From an uncultured Candidatus Saccharibacteria bacterium (GTDB taxonomy: Bacteria; Patescibacteriota; Saccharimonadia; Saccharimonadales; JALRHH01), in contig CAZLJP010000001.1 in NCBI GenBank assembly GCA_964559915.1, positions 1,044 through 65,043 of the forward strand: 64,000 nt of DNA. Direction: 5' to 3'. The translations under genes and the position numbers were made by a program. Positions 16,719-25,045 of this stretch are shown here, piece after piece (positions within the stretch are counted from its first letter, which is position 1; each line of letters starts with the position of its first letter). The notes under the pieces were generated by a model, which was not told where the DNA came from, made no database searches, and was given only the letters and a program-made list of their open reading frames with translations.

Positions 16719-16776
16719 AGTAAACTATCATGACATTAATTATGCAAAAAGTCAATGTCGGAGGGCTGTTCGGTTA

Positions 16777-17430
16777 TCAAATAACAACGCGGCGCTTGGG
16801 GCGCTGGATGCGCTTAGGTTTACCAGCTGGAATAACTAGCTTTTCTGCTTTTTGGTGTAGTTCTGCCGCTTCTTCGTGGCGCTCTGCCTCTTGGTAGGCT
16901 TTAGCTAGTAGCATAAAGCTCTCTTTGTTAGGCTCAAGCTCAACCGCACGCTCCAAGCCCTGGAACATCAGCTTGCTGTTACCAAGCTTTTCTTGGACTT
17001 TGGCGTAGGCAATATGACGGGCAGCCAGTTCCTCTTCTAATTTCAGTGCTTGCTCAAAGGCTGTTGCAGCCTTCTGATAGTTTTCCGTCTCGTAATAAAT
17101 CAGGCCGAGGTTATGAAGGCTCGATGCTGTAGGCTCGATGCTTGATGCAATTTCAAAACAATCAATCGCATCTTTGTACTCCTTCTGCTTGGCATACAAA
17201 ATACCCAGACGGTTATAGGCGGCAGCGTTCTTTTGGTCAATCTTAAGAATAGTTAGCAGGGCTTTTTCGGCACGCAAGAAACGGTTCTCGCGCATACCCT
17301 GGTGTGCGATGTCCCAGAGTTTGCCCATTTTATCACCGACTTTATGAGGAATATCACTCTCATTACGGCTAATGTCAGCCGCTCTGTAAGCGATAATCCC
17401 AAATCCCACCACCAAGGCAAGTTCGTACAT
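16777..17430 (-). CDS. membrane-anchored TPR-repeat protein
   Basis: N-terminal TM (YELALVVGFGIIAY), then TPR-like repeats (AAYNRLGILYAKQKEYKDAIDCFEIA..., LHNLGLIYYETENYQKAATAFEQALKL). Confidence 0.7.
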   Translation of the reverse strand: MYELALVVGFGIIAYRAADISRNESDIPHKVGDKMGKLWDIAHQGMRENRFLRAEKALLTILKIDQKNAAAYNRLGILYAKQKEYKDAIDCFEIASSIEPTASSLHNLGLIYYETENYQKAATAFEQALKLEEELAARHIAYAKVQEKLGNSKLMFQGLERAVELEPNKESFMLLAKAYQEAERHEEAAELHQKAEKLVIPAGKPKRIQRPKRRVVI

Positions 17431-17466
17431 ATGACGTCTATTGTACCACGAGATGGGCCTGCAACT

Positions 17467-17982
17467 TTACTTACGAGTCATCTCTAGCCATGGGATATGT
17501 TTGCCACTGGCCATTATCTTAGAGGGTCGTGGTTCAGAACTAATCTCAAATCCTAGTTTCTCATACAGCTTGATTGCCTTAGTGTTATGTCTTGCCACTC
17601 CTAGATGTATTGGCTGATCATCACCCAGCCATTCTAGACATTTTTGTGTCAATGCCAAACCGTAACCCTGACCTTGATACCCAGGCAACACAAAAACAAA
17701 GTCAAGTTCGTAGCTACTTCGTTCTCGTGTTGCTATAGAAAAACCCACCACCTCACCCATGCCAGTCAGTAATACCCACAATGCACTGTTGCTGCTGCTG
17801 AGTATTCCATCCCTCCAGATAACAAGCCTGTCACTATAATCGGAAAAGTAGTCTTCAATATCCTCTTTGGTCACTCCTGAATCAGATGACGGCATTGTTT
17901 CAAGCCAGAGCTGCTTATAAATTTTTAGCAACCGCTCTGCGTATTGAGGTGCCTCACTCGTTTCAATTCGAACAATTTGCAT
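17467..17982 (-). CDS. GNAT family N-acetyltransferase
   Basis: VLPGYQGQGYGLALTQKCLEW is the acetyl-CoA binding motif A. ATG 17982 (MQIVRIE); the track ORF extends to 18021. Confidence 0.7.
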   Translation of the reverse strand: MQIVRIETSEAPQYAERLLKIYKQLWLETMPSSDSGVTKEDIEDYFSDYSDRLVIWRDGILSSSNSALWVLLTGMGEVVGFSIATRERSSYELDFVFVLPGYQGQGYGLALTQKCLEWLGDDQPIHLGVARHNTKAIKLYEKLGFEISSEPRPSKIMASGKHIPWLEMTRK

Positions 17983-18046
17983 ACTGTCTATTCTACTCAT
18001 CTCGAAAGAAAACAAAAACACCCTATTTCAACAGAGCTTGGCTATA

Positions 18047-18907
18047 TTACATCGAAACGAACAAGTCGGTCAGCAACAGTTTTGTGTTGGGGTTTCTGGG
18101 CAGACTAGACTCTGCTTGTGATATAAGACCAAGTTGACGGTGCCAGGTGCTAATAGCTGCATCTTGCTGCTTGAGAGCCGCCTGCTCCAAAGCGCTGCTA
18201 CATATGCGCTTACAAGCGTAAAACAAGCTGGGTAGTTCTTCCTTTTGCTTTGCTAGTTCATCTACTTTCGTCAGGCGCTCAAAAGCCGTCATGCCATATA
18301 GTTGCTTAGCTAGAATAATCTTATCCTTTAGTACATGCTCATCAGTGGTATCTAACAGTGCAGTCAGTAGTCCTGGCTGGCCATTACTGATGCTGTATGC
18401 TTTCTCGATATCCGCTGGTACATAATTTTTGGCCGCAAAATACTCTATGGCGGTAGCTTTATCTACGGGCAGCAGGTTGAGTGTTTGAACACGTGAGTGA
18501 ATGGTTGGCTTGAGATTCTGCGGCTGGCTAGCTGTCAAAACGATAATAGTATCCGTTGGTGGCTCTTCTAGGACCTTTAGGAGCGCGTTTTGGGCCTCGG
18601 TGGTCATCGTGTCGGCATCTTCTACTAATATGGCTCTACGAAGCGCCCCAGTACCTGTGGTTTTGAGCTGCACGAAAGCTTGTAATTCACGTATCTGGTC
18701 AATACCCGTACTGTTATTGATAGGAGTTAAATGCTTAAAATAGGCAGATTGCAGTAATTTGGACGTGTCTGTGATGCTGCTTAGCAATTCTATGGCTAGG
18801 CTGTACTTGCCCGCCCCAAGTGGACCAATTAGTAATAATGCATGTGGCGGAGCCTCAACAAGGCTGTGGATGCTATTAGTAATACGAGGATGGAGCAACA
18901 AAGCCAT
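18047..18907 (-). CDS. holB: DNA polymerase III subunit delta'
   Basis: LLIGPLGAGKYSLA Walker-like motif and ILVEDADTMTTEAQNALLKVLEEPP. Confidence 0.8.
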   Translation of the reverse strand: MALLLHPRITNSIHSLVEAPPHALLLIGPLGAGKYSLAIELLSSITDTSKLLQSAYFKHLTPINNSTGIDQIRELQAFVQLKTTGTGALRRAILVEDADTMTTEAQNALLKVLEEPPTDTIIVLTASQPQNLKPTIHSRVQTLNLLPVDKATAIEYFAAKNYVPADIEKAYSISNGQPGLLTALLDTTDEHVLKDKIILAKQLYGMTAFERLTKVDELAKQKEELPSLFYACKRICSSALEQAALKQQDAAISTWHRQLGLISQAESSLPRNPNTKLLLTDLFVSM

Positions 18908-18909
18908 TA

Positions 18910-19815
18910 CTATATGACCGCCCTATCAAATGCCTGGGGCACGGGTGATTCAAATACTTTACGTTGCTTGTTTGGCAGAGTAATCTCAAGTGACTTTGCG
19001 TGCAAAAACAACCTAACTGCCGTCGGACCACGGTAGAATGTATCACCCACGATAGGATGCCCTTGATGCTCCATGTGAACGCGTAGTTGGTGTGTGCGGC
19101 CGGTTACGGGTCGCAACTCCACAAGATCTGTCTTGTTACCACTTCTGAGTACCTCATATTCAGTAACAGAATCCTTACCACCAGGGCTAACATGAAATGT
19201 CTTGGGCTTTTTGGGGTTGCGTACTATTGGCATGTCGATAATGGCATGTGCAGGCTTGAGGTGGCCAGCAACTACAGCCACGTACACTTTCTTGGTTTTG
19301 CGCTGACTAAATTGCTTCTGCAGATAGGCTAAGGCAGCCGGTGTTTTGGCACAGATAATGACCCCACTGGTAGCGCGGTCAAGGCGGTGCACTATACCAG
19401 CCCTGGGGTTATTAGGACTGCCTTTTTCTACGTCCTGCTCCAATATCCAAGCCGGTTTTTGGCCCTCGTTAATTAAATGTTCTGCTAGCCAGGAAGCTAC
19501 CGTTGCCTCTGGATTAAACTCGCCTTTACTGTGTGACAGAATACCAACCGGTTTATCTATCACAACACAGTCATCATCTTCGTACAAAATGGGCAAATCG
19601 ATAGACGGGATGGCTGTCATAATCTCGTAGTTATAGGTCACCTCTATATCATCACCCGGCTTCAGCTTATAACCAGATTTCTCTACTACCTTGCCGTTAA
19701 CCGTCACCTTTCCTTGGTCAATCAGACGCGACGCAGCAGTTCGGGTCAAATCCGGATACATTGCAATAATCCGCATATCCAACCGTTCCGCTCGAGAAAT
19801 ATTCAAATTAGCCAT
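18910..19815 (-). CDS. rluD: RluA-family 23S rRNA pseudouridine synthase (RluD-like) with S4 domain
   Basis: N-terminal S4 domain (RLIDQGKVTVNGK) and catalytic HRLDRATSGVII. Confidence 0.85.
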   Translation of the reverse strand: MANLNISRAERLDMRIIAMYPDLTRTAASRLIDQGKVTVNGKVVEKSGYKLKPGDDIEVTYNYEIMTAIPSIDLPILYEDDDCVVIDKPVGILSHSKGEFNPEATVASWLAEHLINEGQKPAWILEQDVEKGSPNNPRAGIVHRLDRATSGVIICAKTPAALAYLQKQFSQRKTKKVYVAVVAGHLKPAHAIIDMPIVRNPKKPKTFHVSPGGKDSVTEYEVLRSGNKTDLVELRPVTGRTHQLRVHMEHQGHPIVGDTFYRGPTAVRLFLHAKSLEITLPNKQRKVFESPVPQAFDRAVI

Positions 19816-19867
19816 TAAGTACTATTCTAACAGAGATATTTGCATACGTTATGCTAAACTGCAATCT

Positions 19868-20398
19868 ATGAAGTATGGTGAGAAAACACCTATTGAGGAC
19901 AGCTTGGAACAATATTTTGTCAGCATCCATAGTGCATTTGAGCTTAATCCCAGTTTAGAAGTGCAAAGTGAGCAAATTGTTGTAGGTGGTATTTTACGAA
20001 TTTTAAGAACATATAGACTTTCTGACGAAGAGCTAAAACAGATAGCTACAAACGACCAATTCGAAGCTGGCATTGTTACAACCAGAACAAGCCCACAAGA
20101 TAATGACGATCCTGAGTGGGTGCATTTGTCACTGGTGGACAAGGGCCCTTCACCTGATAGTGTAACAACCTACATGCTTGATAAAGCTGTTGGTTTGGGA
20201 CCTACGGAAGAAAAGTGTTTTCGATATTCTTTGGCAAAAATTCTGCCGTATTTAGAAGAAATCGACGATAACAGTTTGGATGATGACTGGTCAGAAGACG
20301 AAGAAGCGTTTGCTGATTTTGTAGATAGTGAAATGACCACTATCACCGGCGAGGACGTAGCAATTTTTGATCGTCTGGCTACTGTTCTATCTAGATAA
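19868..20398 (+). CDS. hypothetical acidic protein (176 aa)
   Basis: The first ATG clear of rluD is at 19868; the track ORF start at 19691 lies antisense inside rluD. Asp/Glu-rich C-terminus. No motif recognised. Confidence 0.45.
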   Translation: MKYGEKTPIEDSLEQYFVSIHSAFELNPSLEVQSEQIVVGGILRILRTYRLSDEELKQIATNDQFEAGIVTTRTSPQDNDDPEWVHLSLVDKGPSPDSVTTYMLDKAVGLGPTEEKCFRYSLAKILPYLEEIDDNSLDDDWSEDEEAFADFVDSEMTTITGEDVAIFDRLATVLSR

Positions 20399-20403
20399 GT
20401 TAC

Positions 20404-21492
20404 TTAACGGAGTCCGACGGCTTTTTGTACTTTGAATAAAGTTATATTTGCCTGTTCGTTCATACGTTCTTCATCTGTTTCAAGTTTTGCCAATAGAGTT
20501 CTGTCGTCCACCGCAGCGAGTTTGGCCTGGAAGGCAGTTAGAAATGGTGCCACGCGGTCAGCTACTGCAGTTTTGAGCGGGCCATATTGCTCTTGGCCTA
20601 TGAATTCCTCTGGTTTACCACCAAATAGCTTCAAAAGGTCTAGTAGATTACTAATACCAGGCTGGTTTTCGGAATCGTACTGAACCTTACCGGCACTATC
20701 AGTAGTAGCGCTAGTAATCTTTTTGCGCGCTACATCTGGTGTATCAGTTAGGAATATCACGCCCTTGCCAGATTCATCTGACTTGCTCATCTTTTTGGTT
20801 GGGTCTGCTAAGTCTTTGATGCGCAGACCCTGGTCTTTGCCAAAAAAGCCATGTTGTTGCTGAACTGCCTTAGGGACCACGAATAGTTCACCAAACTTAT
20901 TATTCATACGTTCGGCTATATCACGTGTAAATTCGAGATGTTGTGTTTGGTCGTCGCCAACAGGCACATAAGTGGCACCGTACAACAAAATATCTGCTGC
21001 CATGAGTACAGGATAATCAAATAGGCCTACACTTACTCGGCTCCTAGCAGTATCGAACATATCTTTTACTGGCTGGGAGGATAGGTTCGCTAAATCTAAA
21101 TTGCCCTTAATTGGTACCTCTTCTATTTGACGAGATTTATCCTTGAACTGGGTCATGCGGGACATTTCACCAAAACCAGTAAAGCTATTCAGAATAATCG
21201 TTAGCTCGCTATGTGCTGGCACATAGCTCTGACGGTAAATATGTACATCTGCATTATCGAGCGGTAAGCCAGCTGCCACATAGACGCGCAGGTTATTCAG
21301 AATGGCCTCTTGGAGCTTGCTGTGGTCAATTGGGGTAGTAAAGCTATGTAAATCAGGCACAAACAAATTAACCTGGTAGTCGCCAGCTTTTTGAGTTGCC
21401 ATATCAACCATAGGTAATAATGCACCCAAATAATTACCAATATGTAGGTCGTTATTTGCCCTGAGCCCCGTGAGGATAACTTGCTTAGTCAT
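20404..21492 (-). CDS. trpS: tryptophanyl-tRNA synthetase
   Basis: Class I motifs LHIGNYLG (HIGH) and KMSKS. The MTKQVILTGLRA start at 21492 overlaps the upstream 72-aa ORF by 8 nt. Confidence 0.93.
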   Translation of the reverse strand: MTKQVILTGLRANNDLHIGNYLGALLPMVDMATQKAGDYQVNLFVPDLHSFTTPIDHSKLQEAILNNLRVYVAAGLPLDNADVHIYRQSYVPAHSELTIILNSFTGFGEMSRMTQFKDKSRQIEEVPIKGNLDLANLSSQPVKDMFDTARSRVSVGLFDYPVLMAADILLYGATYVPVGDDQTQHLEFTRDIAERMNNKFGELFVVPKAVQQQHGFFGKDQGLRIKDLADPTKKMSKSDESGKGVIFLTDTPDVARKKITSATTDSAGKVQYDSENQPGISNLLDLLKLFGGKPEEFIGQEQYGPLKTAVADRVAPFLTAFQAKLAAVDDRTLLAKLETDEERMNEQANITLFKVQKAVGLR

Positions 21493-21703
21493 TAACATTA
21501 AGTATACCCTTATCGGCTTCTAGAGGGTAGGTTCTGAGCGCATATTCTGCCATTTGGCTACTTATATCTCTTTTTGGCTCCATAGCCACGTCATTTTCTA
21601 TCCTTCTTCTATTTATTGCGTTGAGTATTTCTTGGGCAGAGCGTGGGTCATCAGTTACTTCGATGCCCATTCTCTGCAATATGATTCCTGGATTCGTTTC
21701 CAT
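21485..21703 (-). CDS. hypothetical small protein (72 aa) directly upstream of, and overlapping, trpS
   Basis: Strong SD (AGGAG 7 nt upstream of ATG 21703). No motif recognised. Confidence 0.45.
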   Translation of the reverse strand: METNPGIILQRMGIEVTDDPRSAQEILNAINRRRIENDVAMEPKRDISSQMAEYALRTYPLEADKGILNVND

Positions 21704-21723
21704 AGTTATTCTCCTGTTATCTT

Positions 21724-21816
21724 AAAATTTAAAAACCGCCTAGTGGCGGTCTTTTCTATAGGTTCGTGGTGAAGTTATACAAACACACGGAACAGACCGT
21801 CACGGGTAGTGCCGGT
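21724..21816 (-). promoter_or_regulatory. attenuator 2: anti-antiterminator / antiterminator / terminator RNA segments
   Basis: Minus-strand RNA segments: seg1 ACCGGCAC (21809-21816), seg2 GUGACGGUCUGUU (21791-21803), seg3 AAAAGACCGCC (21745-21755), seg4 GGCGGUUUUU (21731-40). 3:4 forms a terminator with a U-run. 2:3 pairs at 9 of 11 positions and excludes 3:4. Confidence 0.55.
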
Positions 21817-21852
21817 AAACCAATACTGCTGTGTTTGCATCTGTTTCATCAT
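21775..21852 (-). CDS. putative 25-aa leader peptide MMKQMQTQQYWFTGTTRDGLFRVFV
   Basis: The ATG immediately follows the TAA of the 70-aa ORF, with AGGA upstream. Its single UGG (21820-21822) lies 3 nt before seg1. Confidence 0.45.
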   Translation of the reverse strand: MMKQMQTQQYWFTGTTRDGLFRVFV

Positions 21853-22065
21853 TTATCCTATTAGAATGCCTGCGTGCTCGAGCGCAGTACGCCCTGCCGC
21901 AATACTGGCTTCCATGATTTCTCTCTCTTGCCTGGCGCTTTCTGTTGCTAGTAATCCACGCTGCAATGCAAGCAGGATGTTTTCTGCTGCCAACTCCTGC
22001 AAGGGGATACCTTCAGCAAGCAGCCCGAGGGCTGCCTCTGATTCGAATTGTTCTATTACTGTCAT
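21853..22065 (-). CDS. hypothetical small protein (70 aa) between the two attenuators
   Basis: AAAGGAA lies 9 nt upstream of the ATG. Ala/Leu/Glu-rich and helical-looking. No motif recognised. Confidence 0.4.
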   Translation of the reverse strand: MTVIEQFESEAALGLLAEGIPLQELAAENILLALQRGLLATESARQEREIMEASIAAGRTALEHAGILIG

Positions 22066-22086
22066 CTTGTTGTATTCCTTTAGATT

Positions 22087-22184
22087 AAAAAACCGCCACC
22101 TTTTCGGGTAGCGGTTTGCTTGTCGTCTTGTGTATTAATTACTGTGTACGTACATAACAAACCGCTACATCTTGCTTGATGTAG
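22087..22184 (-). promoter_or_regulatory. attenuator 1: anti-antiterminator / antiterminator / terminator RNA segments
   Basis: Minus-strand RNA segments: seg1 CUACAUC (22178-22184), seg2 GAUGUAGCGGUUUG (22158-22171), seg3 CAAACCGCUACC (22107-22118), seg4 GGUGGCGGUU (22091-22100) with a six-U run (last two U of seg4 plus four more at 22087-22090). 1:2 is 7 bp, 2:3 is 11 perfect bp, 3:4 is 10 bp. Confidence 0.65.
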
Positions 22185-22228
22185 AACCAGCGCATAGCGC
22201 ACACAAAATTAGTTACGGTTTGTTTCAT
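22139..22228 (-). CDS. putative 29-aa leader peptide MKQTVTNFVCAMRWFYIKQDVAVCYVRTQ
   Basis: The ATG lies 9 nt after the -10 hexamer, so it is near-leaderless. Its single UGG (22187-22189) lies 2 nt before seg1. Confidence 0.5.
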   Translation of the reverse strand: MKQTVTNFVCAMRWFYIKQDVAVCYVRTQ

Positions 22229-22237
22229 AACACTCAC

Positions 22238-22266
22238 ACAGTAGTACTATTTGAGTGACTTGTCAA
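22238..22266 (-). promoter_or_regulatory. sigma70-type promoter TTGACA-17-TACTGT
   Basis: -35 at 22261-22266 and -10 at 22238-22243 (minus strand), 3 nt after the stop of the upstream membrane gene. Confidence 0.6.
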
Positions 22267-22268
22267 TA

Positions 22269-22658
22269 CTAGAGAAAGTAAAGGATGCCGCAAGTCACCA
22301 AGGTGGCCCCCAATCCAAACATAGTTGCCTGGACGCTAATGATACGAGCGCAGTTAAGGTCAGATTCGTGTTCCGAGGCATCAAGTACCTTGGCGACATC
22401 GTTTTTTTCTGATGAGCTATAGAGCCCTTTTGCACCAAATAGCACACAGAATTTGTGCCGAGCCTGCAGATAACCAATTGCAGCTGCACAGGCTGGCAAG
22501 AAAATAATAAGTCCAAAAATATAATTAGCCCTGGCGTATACCAGAGCCGCGATGATAATAAGCGTGAATAATAAGCCTAGAGTGCCGATTCGTTGGCGAT
22601 ATTTTATCTGTTCGTCGCTAATATTGCGAATGCCTGGCCGATAATATGCTTTGCCCAC
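22269..22658 (-). CDS. hypothetical membrane protein (129 aa)
   Basis: Several TM segments (GLLFTLIIIAALVY, IFGLIIFLPACAAAIGYL, LGATLVTCGILYFL). No family recognised. Confidence 0.5.
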   Translation of the reverse strand: MGKAYYRPGIRNISDEQIKYRQRIGTLGLLFTLIIIAALVYARANYIFGLIIFLPACAAAIGYLQARHKFCVLFGAKGLYSSSEKNDVAKVLDASEHESDLNCARIISVQATMFGLGATLVTCGILYFL

Positions 22659-22687
22659 ACCTCTAGTGTATCATGCTTATCCTAAGA

Positions 22688-22714
22688 TAAAAGGAGGCCA
22701 CATGGCCTCCTTTT
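22688..22714. terminator. bidirectional terminator after rpsI
   Basis: GGAGGCC (22693-22699) / GGCCTCC (22704-22710) with flanking A- and T-runs. Confidence 0.75.
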
Positions 22715-22734
22715 CTTGTACGGATACGTAATCC

Positions 22735-23136
22735 CTAGCGCTTGGTGAACTGGCGTTGCTTACGTGCGCCCTTGAGGCCGAACTTCTTACGTTCTTTCTC
22801 ACGTGGGTCACGGCCAAGCAGGTCAGCACGACGGAGCGTACTCTTGTAATCTTCGTTCAACAGTACCAATGCCTTAGCAACACCCAAACGGATGGCATCA
22901 GCCTGGCCAGCGTGACCGCCACCAGATACTAATACGCTGATATCGAACTTAGCTGACTCAATCTCTAAAATGCCGAATGGCTTCTGGAGTTCTGCCAGCA
23001 AAGTTTTGCTGTTCTCGAAGTAATCTGCAGCAGGCTTGCCGTTGATAACAACATTGCCTTTGCCCGTCATCAGACGAACACGAGCAGTTGCGCTTTTGCG
23101 GCGGCCAAGTGCGTAGAAGTAATTCTGTGCAGCCAT
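22735..23136 (-). CDS. rpsI: 30S ribosomal protein S9
   Basis: GGGHAGQADAIRLGVAKAL and a C-terminal ...ARKQRQFTKR. Confidence 0.95.
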   Translation of the reverse strand: MAAQNYFYALGRRKSATARVRLMTGKGNVVINGKPAADYFENSKTLLAELQKPFGILEIESAKFDISVLVSGGGHAGQADAIRLGVAKALVLLNEDYKSTLRRADLLGRDPREKERKKFGLKGARKQRQFTKR

Positions 23137-23585
23137 TACTTACCTTCCTTACTTACTGAAAATACCTGTGGTTTCTGAGCCTCATGGTTGTGTTCGCTAC
23201 CAGCGTACACCTTAAGACGAGCCAAACGGCCGTCTCGGAGCTTGTTAACAGGCAACATACCGCGGATTGACTTAATGATTGCCTTGGTTGAATCCTTAGC
23301 CATAACTTCCTTCAATTGCAGTTCTTTGAGGCCACCTGGGTAACCACTGTGCTTGTAGTACATTTTGTCTTCCATCTTGTTACCAGTAACCACGAGGTTA
23401 TCGGCATTGATGACAATGACGTAGTCGCCACAATCGATATGCTTCGTAAACTGAGGCTTACCCTTACCAGTTAGCAATGTTGCTGCATGAGTAGAGATAC
23501 GGCCCAGTGGAGCTTCGGCAGCGTCGATAACGTACCATTTGCGCTCAACATCAGTTGGCTTTGCGCTATAAGTCTTTTGGGTCAT
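23136..23585 (-). CDS. rplM: 50S ribosomal protein L13
   Basis: ERKWYVIDAAEAPLGRISTHAATLLTGKGKP...YYKHSGYPGG. Confidence 0.95.
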   Translation of the reverse strand: MTQKTYSAKPTDVERKWYVIDAAEAPLGRISTHAATLLTGKGKPQFTKHIDCGDYVIVINADNLVVTGNKMEDKMYYKHSGYPGGLKELQLKEVMAKDSTKAIIKSIRGMLPVNKLRDGRLARLKVYAGSEHNHEAQKPQVFSVSKEGK

Positions 23586-24085
23586 TATTTAGTCTCCTTC
23601 TTGGCTGCCGGCTTTTTAGTGGCTGGCTTCTTAGCAGGAGCTTTCTTGGCAGCTGGTTTTGCAGCAGGCTTGTCAGCGGCCTTTGCTACTGCAGGCACAG
23701 CTTTCTTAGCAACAGGAGCTTCCTTGAGGTCATCAACAAAGCTAACACGAGCTAACTGTGCGTTGTCACCACGACGTACACGAGTACGCGTAACACGCAA
23801 GTGGCCACTGTTACGAGCACCAAGCTTAGGTGCAATTTCATCAACTAATTTGTGTGCGCTGGCAACAGTCTGCAGGCTAGAAATAACCTGACGACGATTG
23901 TGAAGGTCACCTTTCTTAGCCTTGGTAATGAGCTTCTCAACGTAAGGAACGATTTCCTTTGCCTTGTGAAGCGTGGTTTCAATGGATTCGTACTTCACGA
24001 GACTATCAGCCAGGCCCTTGATAAGGGCGCGGCGCTGATCGGTTTCGCGGCCGAACTTCCTTCCTTTATATCCGTGACGATGCAT
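23585..24085 (-). CDS. rplQ: 50S ribosomal protein L17 with Lys/Ala/Pro-rich C-terminal tail
   Basis: MHRHGYKGRKFGRETDQRRALIKGLADSL core. Tail: [41 protein letters not shown]. Confidence 0.93.
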   Translation of the reverse strand: MHRHGYKGRKFGRETDQRRALIKGLADSLVKYESIETTLHKAKEIVPYVEKLITKAKKGDLHNRRQVISSLQTVASAHKLVDEIAPKLGARNSGHLRVTRTRVRRGDNAQLARVSFVDDLKEAPVAKKAVPAVAKAADKPAAKPAAKKAPAKKPATKKPAAKKETK

Positions 24086-25027
24086 CTAAAGCTCCAACTC
24101 CGCTAGTTTTTCCTTAACTTCGTCCAAAGCTTTGCTACCAAAGCCCTTGAGCTCACGTAGTTCGCCGTCACTTAGAGAGAACAAGTCTTTCAGGGTGTGG
24201 ATTTCGTTATTGATAAGCGCGTTAGTTGTACGAGCACTCAGGTTCAGGTCTTCGATAGAAGTCATCAGTTCAGCTGGCTCATCGCCATCAACTGCAGTCT
24301 CTGAGTCACCATCACCAGCACCGTGGGCGCTTGACTCAACACGAGTCTGGCCTGCCAGTGCAGTGTACTGGTTAACCAAGATAGCAGCAGCTTCTTCGAA
24401 TGCCTCACGAGGAGTAATTGAACCGTCGGTATCTACAGTTAGGTGTAGCTTATCAAGGTTGGTCATCTGGCCAACACGGGTGTTTTCTACCTTATAACGT
24501 ACACGTAGTACTGGGGTAAAGATTGCGTCGATAGCAATCATGTCGCTAGCCTTACGGCTGGCGCCTTCTTCGATAGTGCGGTAACCGCGACCTGGTTCTA
24601 CGACGAGGTCCATGACAAAGTTAGCTTTGTCATCATCGATAGTTGCGATAACTTGCTCAGGGTTCACAACCTCAACATCAGCGTTAACCTGAATGTCTTT
24701 GGCCGTTACAACGCCCTTGCCTTTTTTAACAATACGTAGTGTCTGAGCGTCGCCGCCGAATACGCGGAAGCGTACAGACTTGAGGTTGAGCATGATATCA
24801 ACAACATCTTCCTTAACGCCCTTGAGTGTAGTGAACTCGTGGGTTGCGCCTTCTACCTTAAAGGCAGTAACAGCAGCACCAGCAATACTGCTCAGCAGTA
24901 CGCGGCGTAGTGAGTTGCCAAGAGTCATACCGTAACCGGTGTGCAGTGGCTCTACAGTAAAGGTTGCGCTGACAGCACCGTGGTCCTCTACGTTAACAAT
25001 TCCTGGGGTGTGAATCACTTTTGACAT
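24086..25027 (-). CDS. rpoA: DNA-directed RNA polymerase subunit alpha
   Basis: GMTLGNSLRRVLLSSIAGAAVTAFKVEGATHEF, plus a C-terminal domain with helix-hairpin-helix (LNLSARTTNALINNEIHTLKDL). Confidence 0.95.
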   Translation of the reverse strand: MSKVIHTPGIVNVEDHGAVSATFTVEPLHTGYGMTLGNSLRRVLLSSIAGAAVTAFKVEGATHEFTTLKGVKEDVVDIMLNLKSVRFRVFGGDAQTLRIVKKGKGVVTAKDIQVNADVEVVNPEQVIATIDDDKANFVMDLVVEPGRGYRTIEEGASRKASDMIAIDAIFTPVLRVRYKVENTRVGQMTNLDKLHLTVDTDGSITPREAFEEAAAILVNQYTALAGQTRVESSAHGAGDGDSETAVDGDEPAELMTSIEDLNLSARTTNALINNEIHTLKDLFSLSDGELRELKGFGSKALDEVKEKLAELEL

Positions 25028-25045
25028 ATTCCTTCTTAGCCTCCG

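Noticed and set aside
23487-23891. Long antisense 'shadow' ORFs inside conserved genes. Examples: 1676-2122, 4509-4964, 23487-23891, 29972-30454, 40555-41046, 42908-43240, 52181-52507, 56640-56957, 60328-60783.
   Set aside because: Each lies opposite a confidently identified housekeeping gene. Their composition is low-complexity (Ser/Ala/Leu/Pro-rich), typical of the antisense frame of GC-balanced genes, and they have no start-site signals.
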